This document shows, in pieces, positions 8,857-15,734 of a stretch of DNA of 21,295 nt; positions within the stretch are counted from its first letter, which is position 1, and each line of letters starts with the position of its first letter. The DNA is from an archaeon (GTDB lineage Archaea > EX4484-52 > B79-G9): the NCBI GenBank assembly GCA_043813875.1, contig JBDRKP010000073.1:1-21295 (forward strand), read 5' to 3'. The notes below the pieces were generated by a model, which saw nothing but the letters and a program-made list of their open reading frames with translations, was not told the DNA's origin and searched no databases. Position numbers and translations under genes: made by a program.

Positions 8857-9765
8857 TCAGCCCATTAAATATCTCTTTTTAACATAATTTACAAACTGTC
8901 CATCCTTTTTCTCAATCTGGTATTTATCCAGGGCATCATAATAATTCTCTAAATCTTCCACAGGAATATCCACCATCGGATAACCTCTCTTCCACAATAT
9001 CCAGTTCATCAGTAACCTCGCAAGCCTGCTATTCCCGTCCCTGAACGGCTGGATCGATATTATCTTCAGGTGCACAAGTGACGCAAGCTCCAATGTATGC
9101 AATTTCCGGTTATCATCCTTGTACCATTTAAAGAAAGAATCCATTTCCCTTAAAACATCCTGCCATTTTGGAGGAACATAAGGAGTCCCTGCAACCTTTA
9201 CATCCCTTTCCAGTTCATCCCTCGTCCTTCCTGCAATTTCATCCCAGACTCCTGACATCAAAATCCTGTGCAGCTTCTTCATAAAAGATAAATTAAGCAC
9301 CCCCCGGTACTCAGTTATAACCATAATTCCTTTTCTGTGATTCTCAAGTACTCTCACAGTCTCAAGTCTCTTGATACTTTTTGGCATAATGCCATCTCTC
9401 AATATCAGGGAAGTCTGCCTCAATGTCACATTTACACCGGACAATTTACTGCTGTCATAAGTGAACCTGACAACAAATTCATCAAGTATTTCCTTCCTTT
9501 CCAGCAAACTCATTTTCTCCATCGCCAGCCTATACTCTGCTTTTTTCCTCTCTATTCCTTCAACATCATCAAAAGAGAGATAGCGATATCTCTGGCCAAT
9601 AATCTCCAAAAGAAACTCCTTCTTCAACTGCTCAAGTATCTCTTCGGGAGGCAAAACCTTGCCGATATACTTCGTTCTATGCGTTGTTCGCCCACCCCTC
9701 CTTATAGTATGCACCAGCCGGTAATATTCTCTCTCCCCGACACAGTACTTTTCGACAGTCACCAT
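8857..9765 (-). CDS. Fic-domain protein with a non-canonical motif (QPFRDGNSRLAR)
   Basis: Fic features: FTYDSSKLSG, KKLHRILM, AGRTR, VKVAG..YVPP, IQPFRDGNSRLARLLMN. Basic N-terminal segment YYRLVHTIRRGGRTTHRTKYIGK. Confidence 0.92.
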   Translation of the reverse strand: MVTVEKYCVGEREYYRLVHTIRRGGRTTHRTKYIGKVLPPEEILEQLKKEFLLEIIGQRYRYLSFDDVEGIERKKAEYRLAMEKMSLLERKEILDEFVVRFTYDSSKLSGVNVTLRQTSLILRDGIMPKSIKRLETVRVLENHRKGIMVITEYRGVLNLSFMKKLHRILMSGVWDEIAGRTRDELERDVKVAGTPYVPPKWQDVLREMDSFFKWYKDDNRKLHTLELASLVHLKIISIQPFRDGNSRLARLLMNWILWKRGYPMVDIPVEDLENYYDALDKYQIEKKDGQFVNYVKKRYLMG

Positions 9766-9774
9766 AAGTCATAT

Positions 9775-9815
9775 TAGAGGACACAACTATTTAAAGTTAT
9801 TATTTGTGTCCCCTA
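9775..9815. promoter_or_regulatory. 12-bp inverted repeat straddling the fic TATA box (operator candidate)
   Basis: TAGAGGACACAA (9775-9786) and TTGTGTCCCCTA (9804-9815) are 11/12 complementary with a 17-bp spacer. The spacer contains minus-strand TTTAAATA about 25 nt upstream of ATG 9765. Confidence 0.7.
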
Positions 9816-9829
9816 TAAAAACAAGATCA

Positions 9830-9865
9830 AAAATAGAATCCCTCGGCGACATGGACTTCTTATGA
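9830..9865 (+). repeat. Direct repeat copy 2 (att-like), orphan copy of the reductase 3' end
   Basis: AAAATAGAATCCCTCGGCGACATGGACTTCTTATGA encodes KIESLGDMDFL*, the same as copy 1. Confidence 0.95.
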
Positions 9866-9875
9866 AAAAAGAGCA

Positions 9876-9995
9876 TCAAGGCTTCACCCTCAAAAAAAAG
9901 AATTCACTTTCTTCACAAGGCCCATTCTCAATCCTATGAGATATATCAGCAGGTACATACAGCAAATCATCTTTCCTAAAGTCCAATATGCTTTG
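9876..9995 (-). pseudogene. 3' remnant of a cupin-domain gene
   Basis: Manual translation QSILDFRKDDLLYVPADISHRIENGPCEESEFFFLRVKP* resembles cupin motif 2 (GDxxxxPxxxxHxxxN). The frame is closed by TGA at 9998-9996, at the edge of the palindromic element. No 5' half seen. Confidence 0.65.
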
Positions 9996-10123
9996 TCAAC
10001 AACCGCCGGTCAATAGACCGGCGGCATGCTTTGCATGCCCCGCAAATATCACCAATGGTTGTTGATCACGCAAAGATTCCGCACACCGCTACTCAATAGA
10101 GTAGCGGAATCTTTAGCGTTTGA
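9995..10123. mobile_element. Miniature non-autonomous IS200/IS605-type palindromic element (PATE-like)
   Basis: Starts GTCAACAACC. Two related hairpins, CCGCCGGTC-AATA-GACCGGCGG (10003-10024) and CCGCTACTC-AATA-GAGTAGCGG (10086-10107). Also GGCATGC-TTT-GCATGCC and an outer stem TCAACAACC/GGTTGTTGA. No transposase; right boundary approximate. Confidence 0.65.
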
Positions 10124-10230
10124 AAATCTGGCTCATAGAAAAGATTATCCGGGAAACATTAAATATTTTCCCCAACCAAAAAAAGCCAAAAACCAAAAAT
10201 TAATATAATTGCCATCATAATTAATCATCG

Positions 10231-10872
10231 ATGGTAACAAGACACTTAAAAAACCTGCACAACAAGCTAAAATCCTTCTTGAACAGCATATTCAAAAAGA
10301 ACCGGGAGATAAAGCTGGGTCTCTACGGCCCGCCGAATTCCGGGAAAAGCACATTGGCAAACGCAATCTGCATGGACTGGCTCGGCGAAGAGCTAAGCAC
10401 AGTCTCAGAGATACCCCACGAGACACGCGAGATAATGCAGAAAGACAAAGTCACCATTGAAAACAACGGCAAAAAAATCACATTCAGCGTAGTAGACACA
10501 CCCGGCATCGCGACAAAGATCGACTTCGAAGACTTCCTCAAAGGCGGCCTCAAGCGCCCCGAAGCCAAAGAACGCGCAAAAGAAGCCACAAAAGGCGTCA
10601 TCGAATCAATCAAATGGCTCGACAGGATGGACGTCGTCCTCGTCGTCCTCGACGCGACAAAAGACCCCATCAACCAGGTAAACATAACAATCCTCGGCAA
10701 CCTCGAAGCCCGCGGCATACCCGTACTCATAGTCGCAAACAAGCTCGACCTGAAAGAATCCAACGCAACAACAATCCGCTCGGCATTCCCCCAATACCAA
10801 GTCGTCGGCATAAGCGCAAAATACAAGCACAACACAGAACTCCTGTACGAAAAACTATTCGAAATACTTTAA
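10231..10872 (+). CDS. oapA: Era-like GTP-binding protein (OapA/ArvA type)
   Basis: GPPNSGKST, HETRE, VDTPG, ANKLD, ISA, plus ERAKEATKGVIESIKWL and DPINQVN. Heads the known GTPase-DUF2073-DUF2072 trio. Confidence 0.9.
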   Translation: MVTRHLKNLHNKLKSFLNSIFKKNREIKLGLYGPPNSGKSTLANAICMDWLGEELSTVSEIPHETREIMQKDKVTIENNGKKITFSVVDTPGIATKIDFEDFLKGGLKRPEAKERAKEATKGVIESIKWLDRMDVVLVVLDATKDPINQVNITILGNLEARGIPVLIVANKLDLKESNATTIRSAFPQYQVVGISAKYKHNTELLYEKLFEIL

Positions 10873-10884
10873 GAAGGTCATACG

Positions 10885-11244
10885 ATGGATGTAAAGATAA
10901 AATTCTACCCCTACGAGAAACTGAAAGACGACGGCATAAAAGAAATGCTCCACGATCTCAAGAAAAACACCATAATCATGATCGACGCCAAGCTAAGACC
11001 CGAACAGGAAGCCATGATCATACAAGAGACAATGAAAAACGTAAACTCCCAGTTCTCAGGCATTGAACTCGACTCACTCGACCTCTCGAAATCAGAAGAA
11101 AACGACACGATGATAAAAAAATTGAGAGACCAGATACTTGAATTCATCACCGGGAAAAAGCGCGGCCTGACACTCATCGGCCCTGCAGACATCATCAAGA
11201 AAATCGAAAAGAAACCAGATGACCTGCTGCTGCACATGAGATAA
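10885..11244 (+). CDS. oapB: DUF2073 family protein (OapB/ArvB)
   Basis: LRPEQEAMIIQETM, FSGIEL, GLTLIGPA; operon context. Confidence 0.88.
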   Translation: MDVKIKFYPYEKLKDDGIKEMLHDLKKNTIIMIDAKLRPEQEAMIIQETMKNVNSQFSGIELDSLDLSKSEENDTMIKKLRDQILEFITGKKRGLTLIGPADIIKKIEKKPDDLLLHMR

Positions 11245-11261
11245 CATGTGAGATAGATACC

Positions 11262-11678
11262 ATGCCAAACAAATGCACGAACTGCGGGAAAATCCATCCG
11301 GACGAAGCAGAATACCTCCTGGAAGGCTGCGACCAGTGCGGCTCGACATTCTTCTTCTACATAAAAGAAGACAACCTGCAAAAAGCAGAAGAGACAGTAA
11401 AAAAGCTCACCAAGCCCCAGCTAAAAGAGATAGAAAAAGACGTAAGAGAAATAATCTCAAACAACAACAAAGAGCTGGATACTGAAAAAAACAAGAGCCA
11501 CAAAGACGACGTCGTAGCGCTCGACATAGAAGCCATATACATCAGGGAACCGGGAAAATACGAGATAGACCTCGTAAACCTCTTCAACCAGCACCCCCTG
11601 ATAATCAAGCTGGGCAGCGGCAAATACAAAATAGACCTCTCCACACTCAAATTCAAATGGCGGGAAACCGCTAAATAA
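11262..11678 (+). CDS. oapC: Zn-ribbon protein DUF2072 (OapC/ArvC)
   Basis: MPNKCTNCG...GCDQCGSTFF, IEAIYIREPGKYEIDL, GKYKIDL. Confidence 0.9.
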   Translation: MPNKCTNCGKIHPDEAEYLLEGCDQCGSTFFFYIKEDNLQKAEETVKKLTKPQLKEIEKDVREIISNNNKELDTEKNKSHKDDVVALDIEAIYIREPGKYEIDLVNLFNQHPLIIKLGSGKYKIDLSTLKFKWRETAK

Positions 11679-13017
11679 CAAAATACAGCTTATACTTGGA
11701 AAGTTTCTCTGAAAATATCTCCTTGATGTCAATCAGCTGTTCCTTGGTCTTCGCCTCAAGCCTCAAAGTAAGCACAGGCTCCGTATTAGACGCCCGAACA
11801 AGCCCCCAGCCGTAACCGAACTCCACACGCACGCCATCGATAGTATTGATATCATACTCCGCGGCAAAATCTTTCCTGAGATTCTCAACCACCTTGAACT
11901 TGACAGCATCACCACAATCAATCTTGATAGTAGGCGTAGAAACATATTTCGGCAAAGACGCGCGCAAATCACTCAGCTTCTTATGGGTATTCAAAGCAAG
12001 CATCTCCACCATCTTCAAAGACGCGAAAATCCCGTCATCAAACCCGACTTCATGATAATACACATGCCCGCTGGCCTCACCCGCAAGAGGTATCATCTCC
12101 TCAAGCATCTTCCTCCTGATAAAAGTATGCCCTGTCCTGAAAACAATCGGCTCGCCCCCGTGCCTCTTCACATCATCGATAAGCATCTTCGAACACTTCA
12201 CATCACAAAGCACGCGAGATCCTGGTTTCAGATGCAGAACTTGACGCGCAAGCAGCGCAAGCGCCTCATCCGGATAAAGCTCATTGCCCCGCTCATCCAC
12301 AAATACGACCCTATCGCCATCACCATCATACGCGATACCCACATCAGCGCTATAGATGACCACCTTGCTCTTAAGATCAGCAATATTTGCCACCTCTGTA
12401 GGATCAGGCATATGATTAGGAAAATTACCGTCAGGCTCGCAATACACACTAACCACTTCGCAGCCTACCTCGCGAAAAACCCTCTCCGCAACAGGTCCTG
12501 CAGTACCGTTCCCGCCATCGATGACAATCTTGAGTTTCCTGTCGAAACTGACATGTTCCTTAAGAAAATCCAGATACGGGACAATAACATTCCGGTTAGA
12601 TACAACTCCGGTAGACTTCCCTTTCCTGAAAACGCCTTGAGAAATCAGGCGGCTAAGCAGTTGGATCTCCTCAGGCATCATCACAAACTCTCCCTTGCAC
12701 ATCTTCACCCCGTTATAATCAGGCGGATTATGAGACGCCGTAACCATCAACGCCCCGTCGCATTCAAAAAACACGCGCGAGAAATAAAGCATCGGCGTAG
12801 TGACCATCCCCACATCAAAAACATCAACACCGCATGAAACAAGCCCCTTGATAAGCGCCTCCTTCAGCTTAGGCGAAGAAAGCCTCGCATCACAGCCGAC
12901 AGCAACCGAACTATAACGCGTATGCGTCCCGTAAGCCTTCCCGATCTTCTCCATCAGCTTCTCATCAAGCTCATTAGGGTAAACGCCACGAATATCATAA
13001 GCCCTGAAAATACTCAT
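11671..13017 (-). CDS. Phosphomannomutase/phosphoglucomutase
   Basis: FRAYDIRG, TASHNPPDYNG, DGDGDR, GEASGH, VRASNTEP. Confidence 0.95.
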   Translation of the reverse strand: MSIFRAYDIRGVYPNELDEKLMEKIGKAYGTHTRYSSVAVGCDARLSSPKLKEALIKGLVSCGVDVFDVGMVTTPMLYFSRVFFECDGALMVTASHNPPDYNGVKMCKGEFVMMPEEIQLLSRLISQGVFRKGKSTGVVSNRNVIVPYLDFLKEHVSFDRKLKIVIDGGNGTAGPVAERVFREVGCEVVSVYCEPDGNFPNHMPDPTEVANIADLKSKVVIYSADVGIAYDGDGDRVVFVDERGNELYPDEALALLARQVLHLKPGSRVLCDVKCSKMLIDDVKRHGGEPIVFRTGHTFIRRKMLEEMIPLAGEASGHVYYHEVGFDDGIFASLKMVEMLALNTHKKLSDLRASLPKYVSTPTIKIDCGDAVKFKVVENLRKDFAAEYDINTIDGVRVEFGYGWGLVRASNTEPVLTLRLEAKTKEQLIDIKEIFSEKLSKYKLYFVI

Positions 13018-13116
13018 AAAACCACCAATAACAATTCATGCGCAAAAGTTTACAAATATATGTATCATAGGCGCATACATGCATCATCTGAACCCAAAAA
13101 TCGCCTGCGAGGCCAT

Positions 13117-13743
13117 TCAGAAAAGAACCGCATTAAGACCGTTGATGAAATACTGGACAGATATGAAGACAAGCATCAGCCCCATCAGCCTGACAAGCAC
13201 TTTAGTCCCAAGCTCCCCGATAAGGCTCGTTATTCTGTCAGAAAGAGCAAGAAATACATACGACAACACACCGATAATCAATATAGCAAAAGTCAGGGCA
13301 GCATAATGGTACGGTGAGCCAGCCCCTCCCGAAAACAAGAGGACCGTTGTTATAGCCCCGGGACCTGCAAGAAGAGGCGTCGCAAGAGGCGCGATTGACA
13401 CATCATCCATCTGTACAGCGATATCATGCTCCTTGTCCGTGATCTTCGAGCCAGGATACTTGCCGTAAGTCATCTCAAAGCCGATAAAAAACAGCAGCAT
13501 CCCACCACCGATCTGTATGGCACTGATACTGATATGGAAATAATCAAGGATAAGACTCCCAAAAAATGCGAATATCAGGAGGATAAAAGAAGCCACCATA
13601 GAAGATATCCGCGCCATCCTAATCCTCTCTTTATGTGTATTGTCTCTCGTGATAGAAAGAAACACAGGCATAAGGGCAATAGGATCGACTATAAGGAACA
13701 GCTGGAATACATATATCAGAAGCAACGAAAACATTTCATTCAT
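13117..13743 (-). CDS. MarC family integral membrane protein
   Basis: IVDPIA, IQIGGG, APLATPLLAGPGAITTV, VRLMGL; six hydrophobic segments. Start uncertain (ATG 13743 chosen). Confidence 0.92.
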   Translation of the reverse strand: MNEMFSLLLIYVFQLFLIVDPIALMPVFLSITRDNTHKERIRMARISSMVASFILLIFAFFGSLILDYFHISISAIQIGGGMLLFFIGFEMTYGKYPGSKITDKEHDIAVQMDDVSIAPLATPLLAGPGAITTVLLFSGGAGSPYHYAALTFAILIIGVLSYVFLALSDRITSLIGELGTKVLVRLMGLMLVFISVQYFINGLNAVLF

Positions 13744-13881
13744 GACAAGATACATTAATAGCAAAACGAGTTAAAATAGTTAAGCATCAAAAAGCCCATC
13801 CATCCAAAAAAAACAAAAGAATAAAAAATAATCTGGAACAATAAACAAGAAACATAAAAAAAGCAACTGAAAGTGACATAC

Positions 13882-15267
13882 ATGGAAACAAACCCGTTCG
13901 ACCAGCTCAAAACAGAACCACTGACACTCTACGAAAAAAAACTGGAAGAGATAATGGATCAGGGTGACTACATAATAGCCCTTGTGACAGCCACAAAACC
14001 CGACTTCTACAAGCAATGGTCCCTGATACCGGCAGCAGAAAAACACAATCTCCCATTATTCGTGATGAACACAGGCCAGCACTACGACAACATCCTCGGG
14101 CACGGCCTCGCAGAATTCAATATCACAGACAAGTTCGCGATAAACCTCAACATCAGAGGCGACCTCTCACAGAAAACAGCAGAACTGGTAACAAAAATAA
14201 ACTGGTTCGCAAGCTACCTCAAAAAGAACTATCCAAATAAGACCGTAATCCCGATAGTCCACGGTGACACCCAGGCAGCAGGTATCGTACCGCTTGCATG
14301 GATGTTTGCAACAAATAGGAAGACAGCGCAGAACGAATCCGGCCTAAGAAGCATGTCCCCAGACTTCAAAAACCACAAAGACATAGGCCGGTTCATAGAA
14401 GACCAGTTCAACATGCCCTGGACAATCAACCGCAACGAGCCATTCCCCGAACAATACGACACATTCATAAGCGCAGCCGCAAGCCACTACCTCTTCAGTC
14501 CCACAAGACTGAACACAGAGCACCTATTAAGAGAAGGCTACAGCAAAAAAAACATCCACGAGGTAGGCAACAGCGTAGTAGACGCGATATCGCACAAAAA
14601 GAAAGAAAAAAAAGAACAGAGCATATTCGACATCTACCCGGCCTTGGAAAAGGCAGACAACTGGATCCGCATAGACATCCACAGGCGCGCCAACCTCACC
14701 CCGGATCGCTTCAGATCGATTATAGACGGCATAATAAAGCTGGTAAAAGACGGCTACAACGTAAACCTGATCAACATGAACGCAACAAGCTTAGCCCTAA
14801 AAAACTACAACTTAGAACACAAGCTAAAAGAACTTGAAACCCACAAAAACTTCCTTCGCACAGACCTCTGGCCAGTCTACGGCCATGTCATAGAATTCCT
14901 GGAATCAGGAAGATGCTTCGCCGAATTCACAGACTCAGGCTCGATGCAGGAAGAGCTCAACGAGATAACCGCACCGCTATGCCTCACAGCGCGCTACAAC
15001 ACAGACAGGCCCGAAACTGTGATGGACGCAAAAACAAACATACTTATCCCGCCCATCTCAGGAGACTACATACTCAGCTTCATCAGGCACATAGAAAAAG
15101 ACACAGCCCTGCAAAAAGAGATGCATAAAGGCAGGAAACTCTACGGCAGGAACGTAGGCGAAAAGATAGTGAAGATAATAAAACAAAGGCAGGACGACCC
15201 CTTCGAATGGGCGCATGACGCAGTAGGCTTCAAGCTGGACACAAAAAAGCAGTTCGACTTTTTGTGA
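13882..15267 (+). CDS. wecB: UDP-N-acetylglucosamine 2-epimerase-like protein (divergent)
   Basis: ATKPDFYK (cf. GTRPExIK), NTGQHYD, VHGDT, ESGLRS, FPEQ, VGNSVVDA, HRRAN, TDSGSMQEE, TDRPE. ATG 13882 preferred over GTG 13873. Confidence 0.85.
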   Translation: METNPFDQLKTEPLTLYEKKLEEIMDQGDYIIALVTATKPDFYKQWSLIPAAEKHNLPLFVMNTGQHYDNILGHGLAEFNITDKFAINLNIRGDLSQKTAELVTKINWFASYLKKNYPNKTVIPIVHGDTQAAGIVPLAWMFATNRKTAQNESGLRSMSPDFKNHKDIGRFIEDQFNMPWTINRNEPFPEQYDTFISAAASHYLFSPTRLNTEHLLREGYSKKNIHEVGNSVVDAISHKKKEKKEQSIFDIYPALEKADNWIRIDIHRRANLTPDRFRSIIDGIIKLVKDGYNVNLINMNATSLALKNYNLEHKLKELETHKNFLRTDLWPVYGHVIEFLESGRCFAEFTDSGSMQEELNEITAPLCLTARYNTDRPETVMDAKTNILIPPISGDYILSFIRHIEKDTALQKEMHKGRKLYGRNVGEKIVKIIKQRQDDPFEWAHDAVGFKLDTKKQFDFL

Positions 15268-15488
15268 GATTGTGAGAGTTAGAAAATCACCCGCACAAAA
15301 AATCAGTCAATATTTCTCAAAAAACAAGCCCAAAAACAGCTCCATTAACCCAAAATCCAATATTTATGCGTATATTCTTCATCAAATCTACATTCCATAC
15401 AAGAAACAACCCAAAAAACCCGCATACATAGAGAAACCAAAAAGAATTCACATAACACAAAAAAATGACATTTGCACATCAAAAAAAT

Positions 15489-15586
15489 AAATGGGAAAAA
15501 CACCCCATATACCTTAAACCACCCAGCAGACAAAAAAATAATCACAAAAACACAAAAAAACCCTAAAATGGGAAGAACACCCCATA
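15489..15586. repeat. 21-bp direct repeat AAATGGGAA[A/G]AACACCCCATA x2, each with an internal ATGGG-N8-CCCAT palindrome
   Basis: 15489-15509 and 15566-15586 are 20/21 identical. Confidence 0.85.
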
Positions 15587-15619
15587 AAATATCAAAAACA
15601 AACATTCCAAAAACAGATA

Positions 15620-15680
15620 AGTGACCTAAAGCGAAGCTTTACGGTCGCTCTGATGATCAACCTTTCTGAAGGTTGTTGTC
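15620..15680 (+). other. Two-hairpin structured element
   Basis: AGTGACC-TAAAGC-GAA-GCTTTA-C-GGTCGCT, linker CTGATGAT, then CAACCTT-TCTG-AAGGTTG. Confidence 0.5.
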
Positions 15681-15711
15681 CTACCTCATCCTACCACAGT
15701 AAGATATATAA
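15679..15711 (+). promoter_or_regulatory. Promoter with shared TCCTAC box array (copy A)
   Basis: TCCTACctcaTCCTACcacaGTAAGAtatataa; 28/33 identical to 19646-19678. TATA ends 24 nt before ATG 15735. Confidence 0.8.
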
Positions 15712-15734
15712 CTCTTTAAAAACAACCCAGAAAG

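Larger units (their letters stand above)
8800..9865. mobile_element. ~1.03-kb integrated fic cassette bounded by direct repeats (no integrase)
   Basis: Repeats are 1030 bp apart and enclose only fic and its promoter. By eye, fic lacks the A/C-rich + strand skew of neighbouring minus-strand genes. Confidence 0.7.

Noticed and set aside
9889..10136. Alternative small ORF (MSQIFKAYWTLG...) restored by deleting the element between two TTTG words
   Set aside because: Depends on an assumed junction, IS200/IS605 elements do not make target duplications, and the cupin frame explains the sequence better.
10026..10208. 60-aa ORF
   Set aside because: Runs through the palindromic element and the oap promoter; no SD or protein-like features.
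10124..10230. Replication origin upstream of oapABC
   Set aside because: No ORB repeats, no cdc6 and no skew switch seen.
11983..12837. 284-aa + strand ORF, and other short overlapping ORFs in the track
   Set aside because: Antisense or alternate-frame shadows of well-supported genes.
15272..15605. 72-aa (+) and 86-aa (-) ORFs
   Set aside because: Low-complexity translations of the A-rich tract (Lys-rich or Phe-rich).
15616..15684. Hammerhead ribozyme, fluoride riboswitch or C/D box sRNA
   Set aside because: CUGAUGA is present but there is no GAAA after stem II, no GGCGAUG-type 5' half, and no complete C/D'/C'/D set.
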